A stretch of DNA of 64,000 nt from Enterobacter phage vB_ExiM_F4M1E. The stretch lies in the sequence record OL744216.1, one strand, 5' to 3'. The notes under the pieces are model-generated. The model saw nothing but the letters and a program-made list of their open reading frames with translations. It was not told the origin of the DNA and made no database searches. Both the position numbers and the translations under genes were made by a program. Positions 53,954 to 61,291 of the stretch are shown piece after piece (within the stretch, counting starts at the first letter, position 1; each line of letters starts with the position of its first letter).

Positions 53954-54346
53954 ATGTCTTGGCAGAAGGAGGGTAAAGTGGAAGAGTTGTTTGTGAAGGA
54001 AGGTTCGTTCGTATGCTTCCCTTCTCAATGGGTGTTTGACTTGTCAGGAGACGACCTGAAGAAAATGTTCATCCTGCACTGGAGGTTCAAGTTCTTCGCT
54101 GACCAGGCGTTTGCAGAGGGGAGGGACGTAACCCGGTGCTTCTACGAATCGCAGCAAAAGCTGGCGGTTTTGTTCGGCATGTCTGAAAACTCAAGAACCA
54201 AGGTTGGTGCGTTCCTAAAACGGATGGAAGACAGGGGTTATGTGAAGATACACCGAGACACCGCATTGGTTAATGGGGAGCTAAAACCCCGTCACTACAT
54301 TGTGGTGAACGACAGGATGCTTCTCGGGACTTACAATGTTAATTAA
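53954..54346 (+). CDS. putative winged-helix DNA-binding protein
   Basis: track ORF starts with TTG at 53921; ATG 53954 or the SD-preceded GTG at 53978 is more likely; helix-turn-helix-like SQQKLAVLFGMSENSRTKVGAFLKRMEDRGYV. Confidence 0.45.
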   Translation: MSWQKEGKVEELFVKEGSFVCFPSQWVFDLSGDDLKKMFILHWRFKFFADQAFAEGRDVTRCFYESQQKLAVLFGMSENSRTKVGAFLKRMEDRGYVKIHRDTALVNGELKPRHYIVVNDRMLLGTYNVN

Positions 54347-54411
54347 CAGGCCCTTGACAGGGCCTTTTTCTTTTTGTAATATGGCTGTACTTTAACTGAG
54401 AGGAGAGAAAT

Positions 54412-55302
54412 ATGATTCGTGCGTATCTTGGCGGAAGCCAACTGGATGTCGAATTTGGAACATTCGCCGGGGGTGAGCGTAGCGTCCGCATCAACGGTTA
54501 TATGCTGACAAGCCCATTCAACCCGGACCTGAAAGAGAACATTCCTGAAGGTAAAGACCTGGTGGTTTATGCTCACGTTGATAGTTCAGATGCCATCATG
54601 GATCTGCTTCTGTTTACAGATGCATTCAACCGCTTGGGCCGTGGTACGGGCCACCTGGTTAAAAAGGTGTGCTGCCTTCCGTACATTCCGTATGCCCGAC
54701 AAGACCGGGTAATGGTCCCTGGCGAACCACTGTCTGCCGAGGTGTTTGGCAGAATCATCGGTCTGTGCGCCTTTGACCGTATCATTGTGGATGACCCACA
54801 CTCGGATGTGTCTCCTTCACACATCAAAAACGTCTCCATCTTCGAACAATATGAACTGGCGTTGGATATTCTCGGCCCAGGGTTCTTTGATGATGCCGTT
54901 ATCGTAGCACCGGATGCTGGGGCGATTAAGAAGGTTATCAAACTGGCGAAGAAGGTTAATCACCGACATATCGGTGTGGGCACTAAGCATCGTGATCTTG
55001 TGACCAACAATATCACGGATACAACTTACGCAGGGCCGGATGTTAATGGTAAGCGTGTCATCATGGTGGATGACATCTGCGATGGTGGTCGAACCTTTAT
55101 CGAACTCGGGAAGGTGCTCCGTGCCAATGGTGCCAAAGAAGTGATTCTGTACACCACCCACGGCATTTACTCCTACGGCGCGGATGTGTTCCGTGATGTT
55201 ATCGACGAAGTTTATTCCGCTTACCCTTGGATGAAGAACCTCGAAGGCCGAAACGAAAATAATATTTTCAAATCGGTTGACAAGATGGTCGAGTTCAAGT
55301 AA
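54412..55302 (+). CDS. ribose-phosphate pyrophosphokinase (PRPP synthetase)-like protein; candidate ADP-ribose pyrophosphokinase
   Basis: Prs architecture: PYIPYARQDR, VAPDAGA, VIMVDDICDGGRTF PRPP-binding loop. Confidence 0.7.
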   Translation: MIRAYLGGSQLDVEFGTFAGGERSVRINGYMLTSPFNPDLKENIPEGKDLVVYAHVDSSDAIMDLLLFTDAFNRLGRGTGHLVKKVCCLPYIPYARQDRVMVPGEPLSAEVFGRIIGLCAFDRIIVDDPHSDVSPSHIKNVSIFEQYELALDILGPGFFDDAVIVAPDAGAIKKVIKLAKKVNHRHIGVGTKHRDLVTNNITDTTYAGPDVNGKRVIMVDDICDGGRTFIELGKVLRANGAKEVILYTTHGIYSYGADVFRDVIDEVYSAYPWMKNLEGRNENNIFKSVDKMVEFK

Positions 55303-55353
55303 TATTCACAACGTTCCGGGGCAATGTGCCCCGATTTCACTGAGGAGATTTAT

Positions 55354-57144
55354 ATGTTACATAATGACCTGCCTATTCTGTTTGCTGACTGGTACAAGCC
55401 GAGCCACATTTCCATGTACAGCAAAAAGTCTGAGATCGTACAGGACAACCTGACACCACGCTCAAGCAAACACTTCCAGCACTTCTCTGACAGTGACCAG
55501 CGTGTTATGTCTGCGGGTCTGCAAGGCTTTATTAAGTGGTTCCTGATTGAACACTTCAACCGCGAGTTCTTCGGTCGCCCGAAAGAAGAAGTTATCGGCG
55601 AGTTCAAAGAAATCTGTGACTTGGCGATCGGCCCGGACATGGTTGAAACGTGGGGCTTCGAAAAGCTGCATGACTTGGGCTATCTGCCTGTTGAAATCCG
55701 CGCCCTGCCGGAAGGTACACTTTCTCCGGTACAAGTGCCGCTGTTCACCATTCAGAACACGCACCCGGACTTCTACTGGCTTCCTAACTATCTGGAGTCA
55801 GTGATCTCCTCCGAAAACTGGAAAACCGTGACTACGGCAACCATTTTCTGGCAGTACCGTAAGCTGGCTGAACTGTGGGCGCAGAAAACCTGCGACAACA
55901 ACCTGCACGTCCCGTTCCAGATCCACTGCTTTGCTTATCGTGGTCAGGCTGGTACTCACGATGCGGCACAGTCTGAACTGGGTCAACTGATGAACTCTCA
56001 GGGCACCGACACCATCCCGGCGATCCTGTATGCAAACCGTTATTACGGTATGAAGGGTAAGTTCGTATCCGGCTCCATCCCGGCATCCGAGCACAGCGTT
56101 GCAACAACGAACATCGGCTTCATCATCGGACGCCTCCGTTCTGAGCATCCGGAAATGTCGCTGGATGACCTGCGTTTCCACGCAGAGGTCGAGTTCCTGC
56201 GTCGTTACATCACTGAAATCTTCCCGAAAGGTTTCGTGTCATACGTCGGCGACAGCTACGACTGGTTCCGTCTGATTACAGAGGGTGTTCGCATCCTGAA
56301 AGACGAAATCATGGCCCGTGACGGTCGTGTAGTATTCCGTCCGGACTCCGGCGTACCGGAAGACATCATCTGCGGAACACTCGACTGGCGCAAGATCGAG
56401 GATTTGGATGAAGCTGGCTCTCTGGAACGTGCTGCCGAGTGGGCACTGGAAAGCGCAGAAGAGGAAGTTCGCCAGGACACCCCGCACGGTGAATGTGGCG
56501 ATGAGACTGTTGAACGTTACTTCCTGTTCGATGGTGACCTGTACCTGATGAAGGGTGAGCTTGACTGGAACCGTTATGACAAGCAGTATTACTACATCGA
56601 CGGTAGTCGTGTCCTGTCTTACGAAAAAGCGGAACTGACCAACGAGCAGAAAGGCTCTGTTGAACTGCTGTACGATGTGTTTGGTGGTGACCTGAACTCC
56701 AAAGGCTATCGCACTCTGGATACCCACGTTGGCCTGATTTACGGTGACTCCATCACCGTGGCCCGTGCCAAAGAGATCTTCGAGCGCCTGGAAGCAAAAG
56801 GTTTTGCATCGAACAACGTTGTGTTCGGGGTTGGTTCCTTCACCACCCAGTTCAACACCCGCGATTCTCTGGGTCAGGCCGTGAAGGCTACTGGTGCGGT
56901 TATCGACGGTCAGCAGATCATGGTCGTCAAAGAGCCGAAGACCGACCTCGGTAAGAAGTCTGCACAGGGCTTCCTGAAGGTTGTTCGTGGCGAGGATGGC
57001 GAACTGAAGCTGGTCGATAACCTGCAACTTGAACAGGTTAACGACGCTGACAACGAACTTCGTGTTGTGTTCCGTGATGGCAAGCTGTTGGTTGACGAAA
57101 CGCTGACTGAACTTCGTGAGCGTGTCACAGCAAACCTGAAGTAA
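55354..57144 (+). CDS. nicotinamide phosphoribosyltransferase (Nampt)-family protein, 596 aa
   Basis: NAPRTase/Nampt-family fold; gaggag RBS before ATG 55354; track ORF 55324. Confidence 0.7.
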   Translation: MLHNDLPILFADWYKPSHISMYSKKSEIVQDNLTPRSSKHFQHFSDSDQRVMSAGLQGFIKWFLIEHFNREFFGRPKEEVIGEFKEICDLAIGPDMVETWGFEKLHDLGYLPVEIRALPEGTLSPVQVPLFTIQNTHPDFYWLPNYLESVISSENWKTVTTATIFWQYRKLAELWAQKTCDNNLHVPFQIHCFAYRGQAGTHDAAQSELGQLMNSQGTDTIPAILYANRYYGMKGKFVSGSIPASEHSVATTNIGFIIGRLRSEHPEMSLDDLRFHAEVEFLRRYITEIFPKGFVSYVGDSYDWFRLITEGVRILKDEIMARDGRVVFRPDSGVPEDIICGTLDWRKIEDLDEAGSLERAAEWALESAEEEVRQDTPHGECGDETVERYFLFDGDLYLMKGELDWNRYDKQYYYIDGSRVLSYEKAELTNEQKGSVELLYDVFGGDLNSKGYRTLDTHVGLIYGDSITVARAKEIFERLEAKGFASNNVVFGVGSFTTQFNTRDSLGQAVKATGAVIDGQQIMVVKEPKTDLGKKSAQGFLKVVRGEDGELKLVDNLQLEQVNDADNELRVVFRDGKLLVDETLTELRERVTANLK

Positions 57145-57150
57145 TTTCAG

Positions 57151-57170
57151 CCGCCCTTCGGGGCGGTTTT
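57151..57170 (+). terminator. rho-independent terminator
   Basis: ccgcccttcggggcgg then tttt. Confidence 0.7.
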
Positions 57171-57189
57171 CCCTCATCTGGAGAACAAA

Positions 57190-57381
57190 ATGAGAAACCT
57201 CGTTGCAAAGAACGACCATAACCGTGCAGCAACCCACCTGGATCGCTCTAAGGAGCCTTTACTCACCGTAGACGAGGGTTTGCTTGACTACTACGCAGAA
57301 CACGCTGAGAACGTCGCACAGAGCGAATATGCACGTGCCTCTGTAAATGCCCCTGGGTCACCCCTCCCACCCCGACGTTGA
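57190..57381 (+). CDS. hypothetical protein (63 aa)
   Basis: ggaga RBS. Confidence 0.45.
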   Translation: MRNLVAKNDHNRAATHLDRSKEPLLTVDEGLLDYYAEHAENVAQSEYARASVNAPGSPLPPRR

Positions 57382-57440
57382 CTATCGTTAAGTCCTCCAG
57401 TAAAATGACCATATCACTTGATTAACTTACTGTTGGACTT

Positions 57441-57692
57441 ATGACTCCCTATAAACTTACTCTCAGCTTTGTCACCCCCGATTACACTTCCGAAGAACAC
57501 TCTGAGCACTACCCCACACTTCAAGATGCCATCGACGATGCAGATGATTTAGCTTTCAGCACCGTCGGCTTTCCTCTTGAACATTGGCAAAGTGTTGACT
57601 TCGGTGACGGTAACCGTTTATACTCGTTTTACCCGAATGAGGTTGATAAGACCTCTCGTTATAAACTGGCGATTTTGAAGGAGGAGATTTGA
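57441..57692 (+). CDS. hypothetical acidic protein (83 aa)
   Basis: ORF. Confidence 0.45.
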   Translation: MTPYKLTLSFVTPDYTSEEHSEHYPTLQDAIDDADDLAFSTVGFPLEHWQSVDFGDGNRLYSFYPNEVDKTSRYKLAILKEEI

Positions 57693-57916
57693 GAAAGTTT
57701 CAGTACGTACTCACCGTGGACTTAGATGATGACTATCTGTCCCGAAAGGAAACCTTGGATGAACTTAAAAAAGTGCCAGGTATTGACATCAACAACCCTA
57801 TCTACTCTTTAGCCGCTGACAAGTTCCCGGATGCCATAGTTGAAACACTTAGCCGCGGTATTGGCGACTCCGGTGAAACAAAAATCAGTGTCACCTTCGA
57901 AAGAGAGGTTAAATGA
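57689..57916 (+). CDS. hypothetical protein (75 aa)
   Basis: ATGA-coupled. Confidence 0.45.
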   Translation: MRKFQYVLTVDLDDDYLSRKETLDELKKVPGIDINNPIYSLAADKFPDAIVETLSRGIGDSGETKISVTFEREVK

Positions 57917-58140
57917 AACAAGTCATCGAGGTAAAAATCACGGCGACGTTTGATTACGACAATCCAGAGCTTCTGGAACTGCTGAAGGCCAAGATGGTTG
58001 ACACGGGCATGACTGCCGATCAGATCCGCGCCCAAGCCAAGTCAGAAATCTTCGCTGGGTTCAAAGAACTCATTGATGATGACATGCGGGGAGAGAAACT
58101 TCCCGGCTTTACTTACACAGTGGAGGATATTTCAGTATGA
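57913..58140 (+). CDS. hypothetical protein (75 aa)
   Basis: ATGA-coupled. Confidence 0.45.
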   Translation: MKQVIEVKITATFDYDNPELLELLKAKMVDTGMTADQIRAQAKSEIFAGFKELIDDDMRGEKLPGFTYTVEDISV

Positions 58141-58226
58141 ACAGCACAGAATTGGTGATTGGTTACGGAGAAGGTATCCGTGACGAAGAAGATTTTGAGT
58201 TCTTTGAACAAAATTGGGGAGTCTGA
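58137..58226 (+). CDS. acidic micro-ORF (29 aa)
   Basis: MNSTELVIGYGEGIRDEEDFEFFEQNWGV; ATGA-coupled; paralog of the next micro-ORF. Confidence 0.3.
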   Translation: MNSTELVIGYGEGIRDEEDFEFFEQNWGV

Positions 58227-58227
58227 C

Positions 58228-58311
58228 ATGAAAGACGAGTTCGATTTTTTGACTGGATGGGGTGAAGGTATTGAATCTGGGTGTATCGAAGATGAGCGCC
58301 CGGACCTTTAA
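58228..58311 (+). CDS. acidic micro-ORF (27 aa)
   Basis: MKDEFDFLTGWGEGIESGCIEDERPDL; shares the G(Y/W)GEGI motif. Confidence 0.3.
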   Translation: MKDEFDFLTGWGEGIESGCIEDERPDL

Positions 58312-58462
58312 CCATCTGCCGGGGGCGGATGACCCCCGGAACCACGAATACAAGGGATACATCTGCCTTTGTTTTGTGTGCGGAAACAAATATCTTGGTC
58401 CAAAACGCTCGGTTATGTGCAATCTTTGTGCAAACGGTAAAAAGCCTGTTGACAAAGAGTAG
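58292..58462 (+). CDS. small C4 zinc-finger protein (~56 aa)
   Basis: CLCFVCGNK...CNLCANG; start at the internal Met of track ORF 58262..58462. Confidence 0.4.
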   Translation: MSARTFNHLPGADDPRNHEYKGYICLCFVCGNKYLGPKRSVMCNLCANGKKPVDKE

Positions 58463-58764
58463 GGCTACAGGTAATCTGAATATGTCCCGAACGAGATGAC
58501 AATCAAGTAGGTGGATGGATAAGTCAACCCGGTCTGTTAAACGACCAAAGTGCCATTGCGGTTCGGGTTGAGTTCAGCCGGATAAACAGCGGCTCCATCG
58601 ACGGCCTCTGGAATAGCGACGGTTGCTTCAGGTCTCACGACCACCCGTTACGTGAAACACGCTTTTGCTGGACGAGAAGGGGAAGTCAACCCCACGGGCA
58701 TACGTCCTCTGCCCATTTCTCCCTCCCCCGGAGCGTAACAACTACCGGACTTGCTGGGAGATTT

Positions 58765-58840
58765 GCTGGATTAGCTCAGTAGGTAGAGCGCCTCACTTGT
58801 AATGAGGATGTCGCGGGTTCGATTCCTGCATCCAGCACCA
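58765..58840 (+). tRNA. tRNA-Thr (anticodon TGT)
   Basis: hand-folded cloverleaf: acceptor gctggat/atccagc, D arm gctcagtaggtagagc, anticodon loop cttgtaa, T loop ttcgatt, encoded CCA. Confidence 0.8.
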
Positions 58841-58846
58841 GATCAT

Positions 58847-58923
58847 GCAACGTTGCCGGAGTCTGGTAACGGCTCTCGCTGCAAACGAGATGATCACTGG
58901 TTCGAATCCAGTACGTTGCTCCA
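58847..58923 (+). tRNA. tRNA-Cys (anticodon GCA)
   Basis: acceptor gcaacgt/acgttgc, anticodon loop ctgcaaa, T loop ttcgaat, CCA. Confidence 0.75.
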
Positions 58924-58924
58924 A

Positions 58925-59001
58925 GCGCCTTTAGTCCAATTGGTAGAGGCACTACATTCAAAATGTAGGGGTTCCCAGTTCGAATCTGGGAAGGCGCACC
59001 A
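58925..59001 (+). tRNA. class-I tRNA with anticodon CAA (Leu-decoding by anticodon; isotype uncertain)
   Basis: acceptor gcgcctt/aaggcgc, anticodon stem ctaca/tgtag, loop ttcaaaa, 5-nt variable loop, A73, CCA. Confidence 0.6.
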
Positions 59002-59010
59002 AATTATCAT

Positions 59011-59046
59011 GTAACCTATTGACATAGTGTAATTATGCTGTTAAGA
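59011..59046 (+). promoter_or_regulatory. candidate promoter for the embedded AT-hook gene
   Basis: ttgaca, 17 nt, taagat. Confidence 0.35.
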
Positions 59047-59073
59047 TGAATACACTAACTCAATGGGGGCATT

Positions 59074-59448
59074 ATGAGCAAGGCTGCGATTGTAACTCGT
59101 AAGCGTGGTCGCCCAAGCAAAGAAGAGAGCACAGCAATTGCCCTTGAAAAGGCAATGCTTGATCTCCGAGGCGAATTGGCCCGTCTGACGCCGAAGGCCA
59201 TTACTACTCTCGAAAACCTGCTCACAACGGGTACAGAGAAGGTGAAGGAAACCACGGCGAAGTATATCCTTGAGCAGGCGAAAGAGGTTAACAACCTCTA
59301 CACTGAAGAGGATAACGAAGACGACGCAGCAGGCGGCACAACATCTGCCTCTTCTGAAACTCACGCTGGTTCTTCTGACGAGATGAAAAATGCCATCCCG
59401 TTGACTACCCAGATTCGTGAGTATAAAGTAGTAGGCGAAGATGATTAA
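59074..59448 (+). CDS. AT-hook-containing acidic protein (124 aa)
   Basis: RKRGRPSK AT-hook near the N-terminus; acidic C-terminus; embedded within the tRNA array. Confidence 0.55.
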   Translation: MSKAAIVTRKRGRPSKEESTAIALEKAMLDLRGELARLTPKAITTLENLLTTGTEKVKETTAKYILEQAKEVNNLYTEEDNEDDAAGGTTSASSETHAGSSDEMKNAIPLTTQIREYKVVGEDD

Positions 59449-59454
59449 TTGGAA

Positions 59455-59476
59455 GGCTCCCGAAGGAGCCTTTATT
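59455..59476 (+). terminator. rho-independent terminator
   Basis: ggctcc-cgaa-ggagcc then tttatt. Confidence 0.65.
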
Positions 59477-59613
59477 AGAAGTTCTCTTTTGACGGGCACT
59501 TGTTAACGACCCGCAGCATGGCGTCGGTGTACAACGGAGTTTGATGGCGAGGAAGGTCTATAGGGATCAGCGCAGATCCTTGGATATCAGGTGAGCCGTA
59601 CAAAAGAGAATTT

Positions 59614-59701
59614 GGGGAGTTATTTCCGTAGAGGTAGCGGTGCAGACTGTAAATCTGTTGTCATTGCGACTCGGGTGGTTCGACTCCATCACTCCCCACC
59701 A
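59614..59701 (+). tRNA. tRNA-Tyr (anticodon GTA), class II
   Basis: acceptor ggggagt/actcccc, anticodon loop ctgtaaa, long variable arm, T loop ttcgact, CCA. Confidence 0.75.
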
Positions 59702-59707
59702 AATTTT

Positions 59708-59802
59708 AGTAGGATGGCTGAGTGGCTTAAAGCAGCATCTTGGAAAGGTGTCGGTCGCAGTGACCCTGCGGCCCGGGAGTTCAAATCTCCCTCCTACTGC
59801 CA
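59708..59802 (+). tRNA. tRNA-Ser (anticodon GGA), class II
   Basis: acceptor agtagga/tcctact, 3-bp D stem with long D loop, anticodon loop ttggaaa, long variable arm, G73, CCA. Confidence 0.7.
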
Positions 59803-59806
59803 GATC

Positions 59807-59884
59807 GGATCGTTAGCTCAATTGGTTAGCAGCAAGGCACTTTTAATGCCGAGGTTCGGGGTTCGAGTCCCTGACGGTCCACCA
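59807..59884 (+). tRNA. tRNA-Lys (anticodon TTT)
   Basis: acceptor ggatcgt/acggtcc, anticodon loop cttttaa, T loop ttcgagt, CCA. Confidence 0.7.
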
Positions 59885-60044
59885 GAAAGAAGAGGGTCCA
59901 AGCTGGTACTGAGTGCTAAAGCATACTCTAAGCCCAGATGGAGGCCACCCTGAAGTCGTCCAACTGAAGGTCCCTGATTGAGTAATACTTCCCCGCCTGT
60001 CGGGTACAGTTCTCAGTCACACCGGACGGGGCGCACCCAATTAT
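59885..60044 (+). ncRNA. 160-nt non-tRNA spacer inside the array; possible structured RNA
   Basis: no cloverleaf or TTCGA T-loop found by hand; GC-rich internal complementarity (ccccgcctgtcgggt...accggacggggcg). Confidence 0.2.
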
Positions 60045-60120
60045 TGGTCTTTCGTATAATCGGTTATTACGGCGGACTGTTAATCCGTTTATCCGGGTTC
60101 GAGTCCCGGAGGACCAGCCA
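60045..60120 (+). tRNA. tRNA-Asn (anticodon GTT)
   Basis: acceptor tggtctt/aggacca (T1:A72), anticodon stem gcgga/tccgt, loop ctgttaa, T loop ttcgagt, G73, CCA. Confidence 0.65.
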
Positions 60121-60158
60121 ATACTTAATCAATAGTCATTTCGATGGCTATTCGTTAA

Positions 60159-60236
60159 GTCCTGGTAGACAAACTTGGTAAAGTCACCACCCTTTCACGG
60201 TGGGGTTTGAGGGTTCGATCCCCTCTCAGGACGCCA
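60159..60236 (+). tRNA. tRNA-Glu (anticodon TTC)
   Basis: acceptor gtcctgg/tcaggac, anticodon stem ccacc/ggtgg, loop ctttcac, T loop ttcgatc, CCA. Confidence 0.7.
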
Positions 60237-60325
60237 ATCTTTTAGGTCGGTAGATTAATGGAGTTGTGGAACTCCACCGGGTTCCAACCCCGGCTCCGGG
60301 GGTTCGACTCCTCACCTTCCTGCCA
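60237..60325 (+). ncRNA. aberrant tRNA-like element ending in CCA (possible Trp-CCA or Pro-TGG loop; fold ambiguous)
   Basis: T arm gggg-ttcgact-cctc and 3' CCA are present, plus two 5-bp hairpins with 7-nt loops (ggagt-tgtggaa-actcc; ccggg-ttccaac-cccgg); acceptor pairing is poor (5/7) and the 5' half is 7 nt too long. Confidence 0.35.
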
Positions 60326-60327
60326 TC

Positions 60328-60434
60328 TTTGAGGTGTTACAGTTAAATCCTGTGTCGGAAGTGCGAATCGCGCGATAGCTGCCAATTGACAACGGGTAAG
60401 GCTGTACAGGACTCGGACTCCCATCTCAAAACCA
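60328..60434 (+). ncRNA. 107-nt CCA-terminated tRNA-like/ncRNA element
   Basis: ends tttgagg...tctcaaa pair 7/7 and are followed by A-CCA; no canonical T loop inside; hairpin tacag-ttaaatc-ctgtg. Confidence 0.3.
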
Positions 60435-60440
60435 AATTCA

Positions 60441-60516
60441 GGTCCTATGGTATCAGCGGTAAACATACTCGCCTGTCACGCGAGAGTCACGGGTTCGAAT
60501 CCCGTTAGGACCGCCA
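60441..60516 (+). tRNA. tRNA-Asp (anticodon GTC)
   Basis: acceptor ggtccta/taggacc, anticodon stem ctcgc/gcgag, loop ctgtcac, T loop ttcgaat, G73, CCA. Confidence 0.8.
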
Positions 60517-60520
60517 CTTT

Positions 60521-60596
60521 TGGGGATTAGCTCAGTTGGTAGAGCAGGCTCTTGATAAGGGTCAGGTCGCTGGTTCGAGTCCAGCATCCCCAACCA
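60521..60596 (+). tRNA. tRNA-Ile (anticodon GAT)
   Basis: acceptor tggggat/atcccca (T1:A72), D arm agctcagttggtagagc, loop ttgataa, T loop ttcgagt, CCA. Confidence 0.8.
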
Positions 60597-60599
60597 ACA

Positions 60600-60676
60600 C
60601 GGTGTGTAGCTCAGTCTGGTAGAGCGATTGCTTTGGGAGCATTAGGTCCGAGGTTCGAGTCCTCGTACACCGACCA
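60600..60676 (+). tRNA. tRNA-Pro (anticodon TGG)
   Basis: acceptor cggtgtg/tacaccg, D arm gctcagtctggtagagc, loop tttggga, T loop ttcgagt, CCA. Confidence 0.75.
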
Positions 60677-60682
60677 ACTTAT

Positions 60683-60757
60683 TGCGAGGTAGTTCAGCGG
60701 TAGAACAGGGGTCTCATACGCCTCATGTCGGCAGTTCGATTCTGCCCTTCGCAACCA
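60683..60757 (+). tRNA. tRNA-Met (anticodon CAT; elongator, initiator or Ile-lysidine type not resolved)
   Basis: acceptor tgcgagg/cttcgca (T1:A72), loop ctcatac, T loop ttcgatt, CCA. Confidence 0.75.
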
Positions 60758-60762
60758 GCTTT

Positions 60763-60840
60763 GCTCCAGTAGCCCAATTGGCAGAGGCACTTGATTTAGG
60801 TTCAAGTCAGTGATGAGTTCGAATCTCTCCTGGAGTACCA
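60763..60840 (+). tRNA. class-I tRNA with anticodon TAG (Leu-decoding by anticodon; isotype uncertain)
   Basis: acceptor gctccag/ctggagt, anticodon stem cttga/tcaag, loop tttaggt, short variable region, weak 3-bp T stem, A73, CCA. Confidence 0.55.
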
Positions 60841-60847
60841 CATTAAA

Positions 60848-60924
60848 GCATCCATAGTGTCAGTGGTCTAACACTCCGTCCTTCCAAGTCGGAACCCTCG
60901 GTTCGAATCCGAGTGGATGCTCCA
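60848..60924 (+). tRNA. tRNA-Gly (anticodon TCC)
   Basis: acceptor gcatcca/tggatgc, loop cttccaa, T loop ttcgaat, U73, CCA. Confidence 0.75.
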
Positions 60925-60964
60925 ATTTAATTGCCCGTGGTGATCGGGTTATCTCACCCAGTGT

Positions 60965-61040
60965 AGGGGATTAGTTTAATTGGCAAAACAGCGGGTTTTG
61001 ATCCCGCTAACGCGAGGTTCGAATCCTCCATCCCCCGCCA
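60965..61040 (+). tRNA. tRNA-Gln (anticodon TTG)
   Basis: acceptor aggggat/atccccc with A1-C72 mismatch, D stem gttt/aaac, anticodon stem gcggg/cccgc, loop ttttgat, G73, CCA. Confidence 0.7.
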
Positions 61041-61042
61041 AA

Positions 61043-61112
61043 CTAAAGGGTTTTCGAAATGGTAGCGCTGCCGCTCTGCAAACCCACCCGCAAAGCTGCG
61101 AGAACCCTTTAG
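61043..61112 (+). ncRNA. 70-nt hairpin element closed by a perfect 10-bp inverted repeat
   Basis: ctaaagggtt at 61043-61052 and aaccctttag at 61103-61112 enclose ~50 nt with sub-hairpins (ctgcaaa loop; cgca-aagc-tgcg). Confidence 0.35.
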
Positions 61113-61113
61113 T

Positions 61114-61189
61114 GTGGCCTTAATTCAGCAGGTAGAATCCCCGGTTGTGAACCGGGCAGTCGTGGGTTCAAGTCCCACAGGTCACCCCA
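61114..61189 (+). tRNA. tRNA-His (anticodon GTG)
   Basis: acceptor gtggcct/aggtcac, anticodon stem cccgg/ccggg, loop ttgtgaa, T loop ttcaagt, C73, CCA; no encoded G-1. Confidence 0.75.
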
Positions 61190-61194
61190 ACAAT

Positions 61195-61287
61195 GGAAGA
61201 TAGGGCGTAGTGGTACGCACCCGGATTTGAACCCCGGCCCGCTGTGGCGACCCCACGGTGATAGTTCGACTCTATTATCTTCCGCCA
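61195..61287 (+). tRNA. tRNA-Ser (anticodon TGA), class II
   Basis: acceptor ggaagat/atcttcc, 3-bp D stem, loop tttgaac, 22-nt variable arm, T loop ttcgact, G73, CCA. Confidence 0.7.
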
Positions 61288-61291
61288 ATTT

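Noticed and set aside
56239-57237. 332-aa minus-strand ORF
   Set aside because: Antisense shadow of the Nampt-like gene.
58776-60841. Track ORFs overlapping the tRNA array (58776..58961 -, 58802..59014 +, 59591..59953 +, 59978..60181 +, 60242..60466 -, 60611..60841 -)
   Set aside because: They run through hand-verified tRNA cloverleaves on either strand. Their amino-acid composition is low-complexity and there is no RBS, so they are artefacts of GC-rich structured RNA.
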